From the NCBI GenBank assembly GCA_902571385.1, contig CACGBK010000002.1, positions 56,684 through 120,683 on the forward strand: a DNA stretch of 64,000 nt, in the 5' to 3' direction. Of this stretch, positions 1 to 10,038 are shown in pieces. The stretch comes from an uncultured Candidatus Actinomarina sp. GTDB taxonomy: Bacteria > Actinomycetota > Acidimicrobiia > Actinomarinales > Actinomarinaceae. The stretch's first letter is position 1, and each line of letters begins with the position of its first letter. The position numbers were made by a program, and so were the translations under genes. A model generated the notes under the pieces. It did not search any database and was not told the origin of the DNA. It saw only the letters and a program-made list of their open reading frames with translations.

Positions 1-359
1 TTTAAATTTTTGTAAATTGTTACAGCTTTAATTAGCGCAACAGTAAATGCTCCTGAGGAGCCAAGGCCTGTACCAGATTTAATATCAGCAAAAGAAGTTA
101 TTTCTATTCCTGGTTTTATATTAAATTTTCTAAGTACTGATTTTACAATAGGATGTTTAATTTCTTTAAGAGTGCTTGCTTTTTCATAGTTAGAATATCT
201 TACGACATAACTTTTTTCGTTTATCTCATTGATCGATACATAAACATGCTTATCAATAGCAGCAGATACAAAGTTTCCATTAAATTTCTGAAAGAAAAAT
301 GGAAAATCTGTTCCACCGCCTCCTAAAGTTATCCGTAGAGGACTTCGTGTAATTATCAA
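1..359 (-). CDS. GHMP-family sugar kinase (D-glycero-D-manno-heptose 7-phosphate kinase HddA-like), N-terminal part; C-terminus lies beyond window start
   Basis: Minus-strand translation of 359..1 gives LIITRSPLRITLGGGGTDFPFF...SGTGLGSSGAFTVALIKAV (GHMP glycine-rich ATP loop). TTG start at 359..357 directly follows the stop of the upstream gene. Absent from the ORF track because truncated and TTG-initiated. Confidence 0.55.
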   Translation of the reverse strand, partial: MIITRSPLRITLGGGGTDFPFFFQKFNGNFVSAAIDKHVYVSINEINEKSYVVRYSNYEKASTLKEIKHPIVKSVLRKFNIKPGIEITSFADIKSGTGLGSSGAFTVALIKAVTIYKNL

Positions 360-965
360 TTATTTTTCTAAACCTTCCCATCTTGGAATATTTGGATTTA
401 ATTTTGGATGACTAACTAGAAAGTGCCACAAATAAGCCTGCATGCCTTCAGTGTGTGCCGTAATCATACTTTCATCTACTGTTGGAATAATTATTGAGGC
501 GTCTGATAATTTATTAACTTCGCCCCCATCTTTACCTACAATTGAAAATACCATACCATTTTTATCTTTTGTGTATTTTGCAACATTGATTAATTGAACG
601 CTTACATCAGGATTAACTGAGCCTCCACCAACAGAAAAAATAAAAACAGCATCTTTATCATTGAATCTTGAAGATTTTAAGTAGTTTGAATATGACGTTT
701 CCCATCCATCATCATTTATTCTTGCAGTAAGTTCAGAGACATTGTCTGTAATTGAATAGCATTCTAAATCTAGCAATTTTCTAAAATCAGCTGCAGCATG
801 TGATGCATGACCAGCTCCACCCCCTGAACCAGCAAAAAAAATTCTTCCTTTTTTTTCAGTTTTAAATATATTCAATTGATCAACAAAATAATTTATTTTA
901 TCAATATCTAATTTTGAAATGACTTTTTTTGAATCTTCTAAAAATTTATTTGTAAAGTCATTCAT
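360..965 (-). CDS. gmhA: SIS-domain sedoheptulose-7-phosphate isomerase (GmhA-like)
   Basis: 201 aa; motif FFAGSGGGAGHASHAAADF resembles the GmhA GGSAADAQHFAAE loop; SIS fold size; adjacent to a heptose kinase homolog. Confidence 0.6.
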   Translation of the reverse strand: MNDFTNKFLEDSKKVISKLDIDKINYFVDQLNIFKTEKKGRIFFAGSGGGAGHASHAAADFRKLLDLECYSITDNVSELTARINDDGWETSYSNYLKSSRFNDKDAVFIFSVGGGSVNPDVSVQLINVAKYTKDKNGMVFSIVGKDGGEVNKLSDASIIIPTVDESMITAHTEGMQAYLWHFLVSHPKLNPNIPRWEGLEK

Positions 966-1663
966 ATGGTGTAACCAACATCTTCAGCGTCATTTTTAAA
1001 CATTTTTACTGTATCAATAGAGTATTCATTTAGATCTTTTCCAAATTTTTCTATTTTTTCTATTAAGTCCTGACTTAATGTTATTATCTGACATTTTGAA
1101 TTTTCTGCTTGTTTTAAATTGTAAACCTCTCTTGCTGATGCCCATAGTAAATCAACTGTAAGTGCATTTTTATTTTTGAAGTCTACAATTTCTTTTAATA
1201 TCATTTCTGGATCAACTCCTGTATCTGCGATTCTTCCACAAAAAACTGAAAGTATATTATTAGAAGTTTCTTCGAAGCACTCCGCAATATGAATTATTTG
1301 CTCAAGTGTAAAAATTGCAGTTATGTTTAACTTCACTCCATCTTTTAAGAGTTCAGATATTAAATTTTTTGTTGATTCTCCTTCAGAATTCGTAATTGGA
1401 ATTTTTACAAATAAGTTTTCACCCCATGAATTTATTTTTAAAGCCTGATCCTTCATTTCATTTATTTCGTCTGAAAATACTTCAAGAGAAATAGGTTTGT
1501 CTGGAAGTATTTCGATTAGATTTCTAGAGTATGATTCAAAATTCTCTATTCCAGCTTTTTTCATTAAAGTTGGGTTTGTAGTGACTCCATCAATTATTTT
1601 TGATCTATTTTTAGATATAAAATCTAAATCTACACCATCATAAAATATTTTTATATTGTGCAT
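962..1663 (-). CDS. Transaldolase / fructose-6-phosphate aldolase family protein
   Basis: DGVTTNPTL signature and VKIPIT (Schiff-base Lys) motif; 233 aa as in short TalC/Fsa-type transaldolases; 4-bp overlap with gmhA-like gene (operon). Confidence 0.65.
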   Translation of the reverse strand: MHNIKIFYDGVDLDFISKNRSKIIDGVTTNPTLMKKAGIENFESYSRNLIEILPDKPISLEVFSDEINEMKDQALKINSWGENLFVKIPITNSEGESTKNLISELLKDGVKLNITAIFTLEQIIHIAECFEETSNNILSVFCGRIADTGVDPEMILKEIVDFKNKNALTVDLLWASAREVYNLKQAENSKCQIITLSQDLIEKIEKFGKDLNEYSIDTVKMFKNDAEDVGYTI

Positions 1664-1733
1664 ATTTGCATTTTACTAAATAAATCACAATTAAATATAT
1701 AAAATGACTTAATAACTATAAAATTTATAAATA
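1664..1733. promoter_or_regulatory. Divergent promoter region between heptose operon and GT17 gene
   Basis: 70-bp AT-rich gap between divergent start codons. Confidence 0.25.
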
Positions 1734-2558
1734 ATGAATAATACAAAACCCTATAAAGTAATTGATTGTTTCACTTTTTATAATGAATTTGATCTATTAA
1801 ATCTTAGATTAAATGAACTGAACGATTTTGTAGATTATTTTATAATTAGCGAATCATCACACACTCATCGGGGTAACCCAAAAAAACTTTATTTTCAAGA
1901 AAATAAGGAAAAATTTAATAAATTCAGTAAAAAAATAATAAATGTTGTTGATAAAAAAGAATATTCTAGATCTGATTATTCTTGGAAGATTGAAAACAAT
2001 CAAAGAAATGAAATCGCTAAAGGTTTATCCAGTTTAGATTTAGATAGCAATGATCAAATTTTAATTTCCGATCTTGATGAAATTCCAAATATAGAAACGT
2101 TAAAAAAAGTTATGCCTGTTGAATGGGTCTTTACATTAGAAATGGATTTTTATTACTTTACTCTATACAACAAAATTAAAAAAAATTGGAAAAAATCTAA
2201 AATTCTAAACTATAAAACATTTATCGAAAAATTTAATTCATCCCCACAACATGTAAGAGACTCTGTAGATTATCGAAAAATTTTAAATTTTAGATTTGAT
2301 AGAAATGTCATTAAGGACGGTGGCTGGCACTTTTCCTATTTTGGAGATGTGGATTTTATTCAAAACAAGATAAGAAATTTTGCACATTTTGAATTTGATA
2401 ACGAGAAGTACTTCAACGCAAAAAATATTCTAAATTCAATTAATAATGGTGTTGATCTGTATGGTGATAAAAGTATTAAGATAAATCAACTTAGACAGCT
2501 TGATTTAGACAAACTTCCTAAAAATGTTGGTCTTATAATGAATCAAATCAATACTTAA
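1734..2558 (+). CDS. Glycosyltransferase family 17 (GnT-III-like beta-1,4-N-acetylglucosaminyltransferase family)
   Basis: N-terminus KVIDCFTFYNEFDLLNLRLNELNDFVDYFIISES...KKLYFQENKEKF matches the GT17 consensus (vyDcf.fn.ElDlLeiRl...vDyFvI.Es...kpk.lyf.en..rf). Confidence 0.8.
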   Translation: MNNTKPYKVIDCFTFYNEFDLLNLRLNELNDFVDYFIISESSHTHRGNPKKLYFQENKEKFNKFSKKIINVVDKKEYSRSDYSWKIENNQRNEIAKGLSSLDLDSNDQILISDLDEIPNIETLKKVMPVEWVFTLEMDFYYFTLYNKIKKNWKKSKILNYKTFIEKFNSSPQHVRDSVDYRKILNFRFDRNVIKDGGWHFSYFGDVDFIQNKIRNFAHFEFDNEKYFNAKNILNSINNGVDLYGDKSIKINQLRQLDLDKLPKNVGLIMNQINT

Positions 2559-3444
2559 AGTATTTCAAATTAAATTTTTTATTGAATCTATTTAATTTTT
2601 GTTTCAATACTGTATAAATTTTTTTTGGTAACAAAAGCTTTAAGAAAGATTTTAAAAATGAATATAATTTCCAAATAGGGTATTGGATATAAAAAAACTT
2701 AGAAATCTCAAATAAATATTTCATTAAATTATTAGTCAATTTATTTATGCTTATTCCTTTAATAATCATGTCTAAGTATTTAATTACATAATATTCTAAA
2801 AACCTAGGATATCCATAATGGTTATCAATTCGGCATCTGTAGTGATATTGGTCTATATCTACTGCTTGTTTGAAAATATTTCCTTGAATGTCATGTCTCT
2901 TTCCATCAGTTGGATTTATTTTTAGTTCACCAAGTAATTTACCAATACCAACATCGTCCCAAAGCCTGAAGTCCATCTTATTTTTATTTTTAATAATATG
3001 GTCTATGGTATTTTTACTCAATAAAATACCTGCACCACTAATAAAATTTTGTTTATTTTTTTCTAAATCGTATGTTTCCATAATTTTCCCACAGTAAAGA
3101 TTTTCGTGATCAATAAAATTCTCAACAATAAAGTTTTTTAATTTTTCAAGGTTTACATATGAAGTTGTTGTAGTCCTAAATAAAAAATCAAAATCAAAAT
3201 TATTAATTGCATATTCAAATGCAAGTAAATTTTTCAAGCTAATATCTTTTGTTGATTTTCCTACATTAAGAATTATTTCATTTTCCTGAATGCTTACATC
3301 GCCGTCTCCAGCTTTATAGAAAAATACTTGGGTATTAGTTGGGCAGTTTTTAATCCATGTTTTACTAATTATTTTTTTGTTTCTTTTAGATGGATAAGTA
3401 TCAGACGAAACAACTAAAACTAAAATATTTGGATTAATAAATTT
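2548..3444 (-). CDS. GT31/fringe-like GT-A glycosyltransferase, paralog of 27561..28340 and 28348..29175; 5' end disrupted (ATG at 3448..3446 is +1 out of frame)
   Basis: The open frame runs uninterrupted from 3444 to 2548. The upstream 69 codons (KFINPNILVLVVSSDTYPSKRNKKIISKTWIKN...) align with the N-terminus of paralog 27561 (MEKKILILILASNRYPSPLNEYMQKKTWIKE). The only ATG (ATGAAAATTT) is one A too many to be in frame. Conserved SGAGILL and DDVGIGKL motifs. Confidence 0.45.
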   Translation of the reverse strand, partial: KFINPNILVLVVSSDTYPSKRNKKIISKTWIKNCPTNTQVFFYKAGDGDVSIQENEIILNVGKSTKDISLKNLLAFEYAINNFDFDFLFRTTTTSYVNLEKLKNFIVENFIDHENLYCGKIMETYDLEKNKQNFISGAGILLSKNTIDHIIKNKNKMDFRLWDDVGIGKLLGELKINPTDGKRHDIQGNIFKQAVDIDQYHYRCRIDNHYGYPRFLEYYVIKYLDMIIKGISINKLTNNLMKYLFEISKFFYIQYPIWKLYSFLKSFLKLLLPKKIYTVLKQKLNRFNKKFNLKYFKY

Positions 3445-3532
3445 TCATTTCTTTTATTACTGTTAATCGTATCACTATTAATTAATAACTTTATGTCAAG
3501 TATTTTAAATAAGATATTTATACTTAAAACTT

Positions 3533-5155
3533 ATGAAGCAAATAAAAAAAATAGTAAAAGATATTTTTTATGTTTCTAAGTTAACAAAAACTAAAAATAA
3601 AAAAGCGATTATTGGGATCGCAGTTGTTTTGTCACAACTAACGGCCTTTACAGATGTAATAATAATTGTTTTGTTTGCAAGTTTTATCACTGGTACTGCA
3701 TACGACAATCCACTGCTCGATAATTTGATTGAATTTATTTTAGATTACAAATTTATTTTTCCAGTACTAGTACTACTGAGATTTCTATTTATATATTTAC
3801 AATCAATGAGTTTAAAAAATTTAGAACTTGCAATTCAAAAAAATTTGAAAGTCTATTTGATTAACGAGGTTTTTGAAAAAAGAAATTATTCAGTTGCTGA
3901 TGCATACTTTTATATAAATATTCTATCTGGACATATTTCATTTTTCTATTCCAACGTAGCAAATTTTCTAAATAGTTTTTTACAAATAGTTGCTTATTCA
4001 ATTTATCTTTTTCTATCGGATTCCAGAACTATTCTAACTTTTGGTTTAGGAGCTTTAGTTCTTTTCTATCCAACAAGATTCTTGATAAAGAAATCCAAAG
4101 AATTTATGCACGAAACCTATATTTACGGAAAAATTTCAAATGAAGAGGTACAAAGAATTGTTGATAATATGTTTTTAATAAAAATTCTAAAAAAAGATCA
4201 AGAAGAGGTAGATAGATTTGCAGAAACAATCGATAAACATAATTTTAACGAATATAGTAATCATAAATATGGAACTGTAAATTCATTCCTTCCAACTCTG
4301 ATAACAATGTTTGTTTTTTCAGTTCTAATTATCATTGGCAATTTTGCAAAGAGTATAACTTTAGATTTTATTGGGGTAACCTTAAGATTGTTTCAGTCAC
4401 TTGGTTCTGTAGCTAATTCTTTGAACAAAATCATTAATTCACATGTACATATCGAAAAATTTTATGAAATGGATAAAAATAAAAGTCTTGTAAACAAAGA
4501 CAACTTCGTATCCAGTAACAATAGTAATCAAAATGCAATTGAGATAGATGAATTAAATTTTAAATACTTTAATAGTGATGAATATATATTTGAGAATTTA
4601 AATCTGGATTTAAAGAAAAATACGCATAACATATTAACTGGACCAAACGGTTCTGGCAAGAGCACACTACTTGGTTTGATTGCTGGTGTTTATTATTCAC
4701 AGAGTGGGAAAGTTACAACCTATTCTAAAAATTTTGGATATATTGGCGCAGTTCCTTTAATATTCAGTGCCTCACTAAAAGATAATATTTTATATGGAAA
4801 TGATAAAACAATTAATGATGATGAAATTATTAAATTTTTAAAAGATTTTGATACTTTCAAAGAAGAATCTAGTTATGACCTAAATCGAATAATTGATAAC
4901 AAAAGCTTATCATCAGGACAAATGCAAAAAATTGCATTTATTAGAGCACTTTTATCAGATCTAGACATACTTTTATTAGATGAATCAACTGCAAATTTAG
5001 ACGACAAATCAAGAGAATACATATTCAAAACTCTAAGGGCTAGAAAAGTCACGATTATAAACTCTACTCATGATCCAGAAAAATTCTTAGATATAGATTC
5101 TCACTTTCATATTGAAATTGAAAATGAAAAAAGAATAATTATACAAAAAACCTAA
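3533..5155 (+). CDS. ABC exporter, fused transmembrane and ATP-binding domains (MsbA/glycan-exporter type)
   Basis: N-terminal multi-TM domain; Walker A GPNGSGKST, ABC signature LSSGQMQKIAF, Walker B ILLLDESTANLD. Confidence 0.85.
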   Translation: MKQIKKIVKDIFYVSKLTKTKNKKAIIGIAVVLSQLTAFTDVIIIVLFASFITGTAYDNPLLDNLIEFILDYKFIFPVLVLLRFLFIYLQSMSLKNLELAIQKNLKVYLINEVFEKRNYSVADAYFYINILSGHISFFYSNVANFLNSFLQIVAYSIYLFLSDSRTILTFGLGALVLFYPTRFLIKKSKEFMHETYIYGKISNEEVQRIVDNMFLIKILKKDQEEVDRFAETIDKHNFNEYSNHKYGTVNSFLPTLITMFVFSVLIIIGNFAKSITLDFIGVTLRLFQSLGSVANSLNKIINSHVHIEKFYEMDKNKSLVNKDNFVSSNNSNQNAIEIDELNFKYFNSDEYIFENLNLDLKKNTHNILTGPNGSGKSTLLGLIAGVYYSQSGKVTTYSKNFGYIGAVPLIFSASLKDNILYGNDKTINDDEIIKFLKDFDTFKEESSYDLNRIIDNKSLSSGQMQKIAFIRALLSDLDILLLDESTANLDDKSREYIFKTLRARKVTIINSTHDPEKFLDIDSHFHIEIENEKRIIIQKT

Positions 5156-5165
5156 TTTTGAAAAT

Positions 5166-6314
5166 ATGAAAAAACTTTTGATTATTCACAATAAGTATCA
5201 AAATATTGGAGGCGAAGACATTGCTGTTGTAGAAGAAGAAAAAATACTTTCTCAATACTTTGAAGTTGAAGCTATATATTTTGAAAATGAGATTAAAAAT
5301 ATTTTTCAACTAATCTTAGGCTTCTTATTTTCGACAAATTTAAAAAGCAACATGATACTTAAAAATAAAATAACTGAATTTAATCCAGATATTCTCTATG
5401 TTCATAATTCATGGTTTACTCTTTCACTAGGTATTTTTAAAATAGCAAAAAAAATGAATATTAAGTTAATTCTAAAAATTCATAACTTTAGATATCACTG
5501 TACTAATTCACATCTAGCAAAAAATCATTTAAATTTTAAAGATTTATGTCAGGGCTGTGGGTTTAGTAATGACAAAAAAAGATTTTATAACAAGTATTTT
5601 GATAATTCTTTCATCAAATCATTCTTTGTTAATTTGTATGGAAAAAGGTACATTAAGGTAATTGAGGATGAATCAATTCCGCTAATACTTCTTACAGAAT
5701 TTCATAAAAAATTTATGGTTGAGCATAAATATAGAAACAAAAATATTTATGTAATTCCAAACTACATTTCTCCAAATGAAAATAAAACTTATTCAAAATC
5801 GAAATATATTGTTTATGCTGGAAGAATTTCAAAAGAAAAAGGAGTAGAAGAACTACTTAAATCCTTTTTAAATTCTAATTTAAATGATTTTAAATTAAAA
5901 ATTATTGGTGATGGGCCACTTTTAAATACACTTACAAGAAATTATCAGCAGGAAAATATTGAATTTCTTGGAAACCAAAATAATTCAACCGTTATTGATA
6001 TTATTTCAAAATCCGTTGCTGTTATTTCATGTACAAAACTTTACGAAGGCCAACCTACACTTCTTTGTGAGGCTTCAGCAGTTGGAATACCATCAATATT
6101 TCCTAATACTGGAGGTGTTCTTGAATTTTTTTATCCTAATTATGAATTATGTTTTAACCAATTCGATTATCAAGATCTGGTTAATAAATTAAATAAATTA
6201 AATGAGCAAGAGCTTTTGAATAAAATTGGAAATGGCAGCAAGGAATTTTATAGAAAAGAATTTAACAAAAAAGAATATATACAAAAGATGATAAAACTTA
6301 CTAATGAAATCTGA
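5166..6314 (+). CDS. Glycosyltransferase family 4 (GT-B fold)
   Basis: C-terminal EGQPTLLCEASAVGIPSI (E-x7-E motif of retaining GT4 enzymes); 382 aa. Confidence 0.7.
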   Translation: MKKLLIIHNKYQNIGGEDIAVVEEEKILSQYFEVEAIYFENEIKNIFQLILGFLFSTNLKSNMILKNKITEFNPDILYVHNSWFTLSLGIFKIAKKMNIKLILKIHNFRYHCTNSHLAKNHLNFKDLCQGCGFSNDKKRFYNKYFDNSFIKSFFVNLYGKRYIKVIEDESIPLILLTEFHKKFMVEHKYRNKNIYVIPNYISPNENKTYSKSKYIVYAGRISKEKGVEELLKSFLNSNLNDFKLKIIGDGPLLNTLTRNYQQENIEFLGNQNNSTVIDIISKSVAVISCTKLYEGQPTLLCEASAVGIPSIFPNTGGVLEFFYPNYELCFNQFDYQDLVNKLNKLNEQELLNKIGNGSKEFYRKEFNKKEYIQKMIKLTNEI

Positions 6315-7002
6315 AAATCCTAATATTTCTATAATAATGAGTTGTTTTAATTCTGAGAAGTATGTTAAAAGCTCGGTTGAAAGCATTTTAAATCAAACTT
6401 ATGAAGATTTTGAATTTTTAATTATCGATGATTTTTCAACAGATGATACTTTTAATATATTAAAGAAATATGAAGCAAAAGATAAAAGAATTAAAGTATT
6501 CAAAAACTCTAAAAATTTAGGCTTAACGAAGTCATTAAATATATTGATAAAAAAATCAAAAGGCTTATTTATTGCAAGACAAGATGCAGACGATATTAGT
6601 AAAAGCGATAGACTCGAATATCAGATTAAATTTTTACAATCTAGCAACTTTAGATGTTGTACTACAAGAGCAAAAATCAAGGGATCCTTAAAATTGATAC
6701 CAAAATATTCTTACATTTTTCCAAATAATATTATTGCTAAATTTAAGAACCCGTTCATTCATGGAACTTTACTTATCGAAAAGAGTTTAATGAATAAGAT
6801 TGGAGGTTATGACGAAAGATTTGTGTATTCACAAGACTATAAGTTATTTAGCGATTTATTATCAAAAAAAGAAAAAGTAAAAATAATAAAAAAACCTCTT
6901 TATATATTAAATATGACAGGTAATTTAAGTTCAATAAATTCTGTTGAACAAAAATATTATTCAGACTGTGTAAAAAGAAAAATTAATCCAATATCTAGGT
7001 AA
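6304..7002 (+). CDS. Glycosyltransferase family 2 (GT-A fold)
   Basis: ISIIMSCFNSEKYVKSSVESILNQTYEDFEFLIIDDFSTDDT: classic GT2 N-terminus with DxD; overlaps upstream GT4 by 11 bp. Confidence 0.75.
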   Translation: MKSENPNISIIMSCFNSEKYVKSSVESILNQTYEDFEFLIIDDFSTDDTFNILKKYEAKDKRIKVFKNSKNLGLTKSLNILIKKSKGLFIARQDADDISKSDRLEYQIKFLQSSNFRCCTTRAKIKGSLKLIPKYSYIFPNNIIAKFKNPFIHGTLLIEKSLMNKIGGYDERFVYSQDYKLFSDLLSKKEKVKIIKKPLYILNMTGNLSSINSVEQKYYSDCVKRKINPISR

Positions 7003-7969
7003 ATTTTTTTTTGTGATCAACGCATCTTATTAATAGATCATAAAATTGCATATCGTATTTCCATCCATAATTTTTATAAATTTTTTTTGGATTTGATACT
7101 CTTACAACTGGATCAGAGTTTCTTAATAGACTACTATCAACTATTAAATTATCGTCTAAAGTAATATCAAACTCATTGAATACAATCTCGACCATATCTT
7201 TAATTGAGTGTTTTACACCTGAGCCAATTACATAAGGTCCTTTTGCATCATTTTTTAAAAGTGTGAACATTGCATTAACAATATCACCAGCGAAAGACCA
7301 ATCTCTAGTATATTCAAGACTACCTATTTTTAATTCGGCAGCCTTATTTAATGATATATCATAAGCTGCATTTATGATTTTTTGAGTTAGATATGACTTA
7401 TCTCTAAATTCAGATTCATGATTAAACATTATGCCTGAAACAATGTTCCAATCATAATCTTTAGAATATTTGATAACTTTTTTGTGATTAATTAGTTTTC
7501 CTAAAGCATAAGGTGAATTAGGAATCATATTTGTATTTTCATCAATAGAATCATTTGATATATTTTCAAACATCTCAGATGAAGAAGCTTGAAAAAAATT
7601 ACATAAATTATTTTTTTTCAGTAATGCTGAGGTAAGATTTTCAAATATATTGATTATTGAATTTTTAGATTTATTTGAATCTTTTAAAGAGCCATAAACT
7701 GAACTAGGACCAGTTAAATTAAATATAGCAGTAGGATTTATATTTGAAATTAATTTAAAAACATCCTCATAAACCTCTAGATTTATATTTAAAATAGTTA
7801 AGTTTTCTAAAGAGCCTTTATATATTTGATTTAGTCTCTTGTAAAAAATATCAGTATCCGTATTTCTTGATAAACCAAATATACGTGAATTTTTTTCCTC
7901 ATTTAAAATTTTACTTGTTAAAAATAACCCATCCTGCCCGGTAATACCAGTTATAAGAATATTATCCAT
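6995..7969 (-). CDS. NAD-dependent epimerase/dehydratase, divergent GDP-mannose-4,6-dehydratase-like paralog
   Basis: N-terminus ILITGITGQDGLFLTSKIL (GMD-type Rossmann); SPYALGKL YxxxK catalytic motif; clearly diverged from the canonical Gmd at 12516. Confidence 0.6.
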   Translation of the reverse strand: MDNILITGITGQDGLFLTSKILNEEKNSRIFGLSRNTDTDIFYKRLNQIYKGSLENLTILNINLEVYEDVFKLISNINPTAIFNLTGPSSVYGSLKDSNKSKNSIINIFENLTSALLKKNNLCNFFQASSSEMFENISNDSIDENTNMIPNSPYALGKLINHKKVIKYSKDYDWNIVSGIMFNHESEFRDKSYLTQKIINAAYDISLNKAAELKIGSLEYTRDWSFAGDIVNAMFTLLKNDAKGPYVIGSGVKHSIKDMVEIVFNEFDITLDDNLIVDSSLLRNSDPVVRVSNPKKIYKNYGWKYDMQFYDLLIRCVDHKKKFT

Positions 7970-8024
7970 ATAAGCTAGTCTAAATGAATATATACTATTA
8001 TTTCTGATGTATGGTTTCTAAAAT

Positions 8025-8948
8025 ATGAAAATTTACATAAATAAAGTAAAGGAATCTTGGATTATTGACAGAGTCACCAATGAATGGATTCAACAAAATG
8101 AAAACTCATCAACAAATAAAATTAAAGAAGCAGATATTGTTTGGATAATCGCTCACTGGGTATGGGATAAAATACCAAAAAAATATTTAAAAACAAAAAA
8201 AGTAGTTGCGTCAATCTATCACATTGATTTTGATAATTTTGATGAGAAGCAGGAAAAAGATTTCTATAATTTAGATCAATACGTTGATCAGTATCATGTA
8301 ATCTCCTTAAAAACAAAATTGCAATTAAGCACATTAACTAAAAAAGAGATTATATCAATTCCATTTTGGGTTAATCAAGAAAATTATTTTTATAAAAATA
8401 ACAAAACAGAACTAAGAAGAAAGTTAGGCTTTCAAGAAAAAGACTATTTGGTGGGAAGTTTTCAAAGGGACACAGAGGGAAGTGACTTAATCTCTCCAAA
8501 ATTGATAAAAGGTCCAGATATATTTGTAAACATAGCTAGAGACATGCATTCCAAAAATAAAAATTTGATCATAGTTTTAGCTGGAACAAGAAGACAGTAT
8601 GTTATAAAACAACTTGAAGAACTAGGTATAAGATATAAATATTTCGAAATGGCAAATTTAGAAATGTTAAATAATTTATATAATGTACTTGATTTGTATA
8701 TTGTTACTTCAAGACTTGAAGGAGGCCCACAAGCAATATTGGAATCTGCAATAACTAAAACACCTTTAATTTCAACAGATGTAGGTGTTGCACCAGAAAT
8801 ACTTAGCGGTGAATCTATTTTCCAACCAGATTTCTATGAAAAATCAAAACCTAATGTTGACTATGCTTTCAAAAATGCTGACAAATTTAAAATACCACAA
8901 GGCATGAGGGAATTTAATAAAATGTTTAATAAAGTTTATGAAAATTAG
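8025..8948 (+). CDS. Putative GT-B fold glycosyltransferase (GT4-like C-terminal domain)
   Basis: SRLEGGPQAILESAITKTPLISTDVGVAPEIL contains E-x7-E donor-binding motif; N-terminal half unassignable. Confidence 0.5.
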   Translation: MKIYINKVKESWIIDRVTNEWIQQNENSSTNKIKEADIVWIIAHWVWDKIPKKYLKTKKVVASIYHIDFDNFDEKQEKDFYNLDQYVDQYHVISLKTKLQLSTLTKKEIISIPFWVNQENYFYKNNKTELRRKLGFQEKDYLVGSFQRDTEGSDLISPKLIKGPDIFVNIARDMHSKNKNLIIVLAGTRRQYVIKQLEELGIRYKYFEMANLEMLNNLYNVLDLYIVTSRLEGGPQAILESAITKTPLISTDVGVAPEILSGESIFQPDFYEKSKPNVDYAFKNADKFKIPQGMREFNKMFNKVYEN

Positions 8949-10038
8949 CATAGGATCAAAAATTGTTGAAGGGCCCTGGGGCGGAGGTAATCTTTTTGCA
9001 ATAAATTTATCAAACTATTTAAACAAACTTGGTCATGATGTAATATATGATTTATCAGAATCAGACATCGATCTCATTTTGTTGACTGACCCAAGAAGCA
9101 GAAGTGAATCCTCATCCACTTTCAATCACATCGAAATTAAAAAATATATTGAATATATCAATCCAAATACAATAGTTGTTCAAAGAATAAATGAATGTGA
9201 TGAAAGAAAAAATACAGAAAATATTAATCAATTTTATTTAAATGCCAGTGACGTTGCAGATCACGTAGTTTTCGTAAGTGAATGGCTACGTGATATATAT
9301 GTAAATTGTGGTATGAATAAAAAGAAAACTTCAGTAATTTATGCCGGAGCCAATTCAGATATATTTAACAATAAGGGTTTTAAAAAGTTTCAAAATCACG
9401 AAAAAATAAATATTGTTACACACCATTGGAGTGCCCATGTCAATAAAGGATTTAATATTTATAAAAAAATTGATGACATGTTGTTATCTCCTAAATGGAA
9501 AGAAAAAATTCAATTTACTTATATTGGTAATGTGTCTGATGATTTTACCTTTAACAATACAAAAGTTATAAAACCATTGGCAGGAGTCGAATTAGCCAAT
9601 GAAATTAAAAGACACCATATTTATGTAACAGGAAGTATAAATGAGCCTTCTGGAAACCATCATATCGAAGCAGCCCAATGTGGTTTACCAGTTATGTATA
9701 TAGATAGTGGTGGTATCCCTGAATACTGTAAAAACATTGGTCTAAGCTTCTTGGAAAATAATTTTGAAGAAAAATTGGAACACATGATTAAAAACTACGA
9801 TTTATTTTTAAACAAACTTAATAATTACCCATTTAATTCTGAGAAAATGTGTAATGAATTCTATGAACGATTTAATGATGAAATTTCAAAAAAAGTAAAA
9901 ATTGAAATATCTAAAAAAGTCAATCTTGTAGGTAGGTACTATCTTAAAAAAAATAGGCTCTCAAATAGATTCCGCTTTATCTTATCTCTGAGAGCTAATT
10001 TGATTTCAATATTAAGGTCAAAACTAAAAGTTATATGA
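8938..10038 (+). CDS. Putative GT-B fold glycosyltransferase
   Basis: INEPSGNHHIEAAQCGLPVMYIDSGGIPEY (E-x7-E); 11-bp overlap with upstream gene; C-terminus carries short coding duplication EISKKVKIEISKKV. Confidence 0.45.
   Translation: MKISIGSKIVEGPWGGGNLFAINLSNYLNKLGHDVIYDLSESDIDLILLTDPRSRSESSSTFNHIEIKKYIEYINPNTIVVQRINECDERKNTENINQFYLNASDVADHVVFVSEWLRDIYVNCGMNKKKTSVIYAGANSDIFNNKGFKKFQNHEKINIVTHHWSAHVNKGFNIYKKIDDMLLSPKWKEKIQFTYIGNVSDDFTFNNTKVIKPLAGVELANEIKRHHIYVTGSINEPSGNHHIEAAQCGLPVMYIDSGGIPEYCKNIGLSFLENNFEEKLEHMIKNYDLFLNKLNNYPFNSEKMCNEFYERFNDEISKKVKIEISKKVNLVGRYYLKKNRLSNRFRFILSLRANLISILRSKLKVI

Noticed and set aside
9890-9940. Coding mini-duplication EISKKVKIEISKKV as a regulatory repeat
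   Set aside because: It is in frame within the C-terminus of a GT gene and only two short units, most likely a slippage duplication without regulatory meaning.
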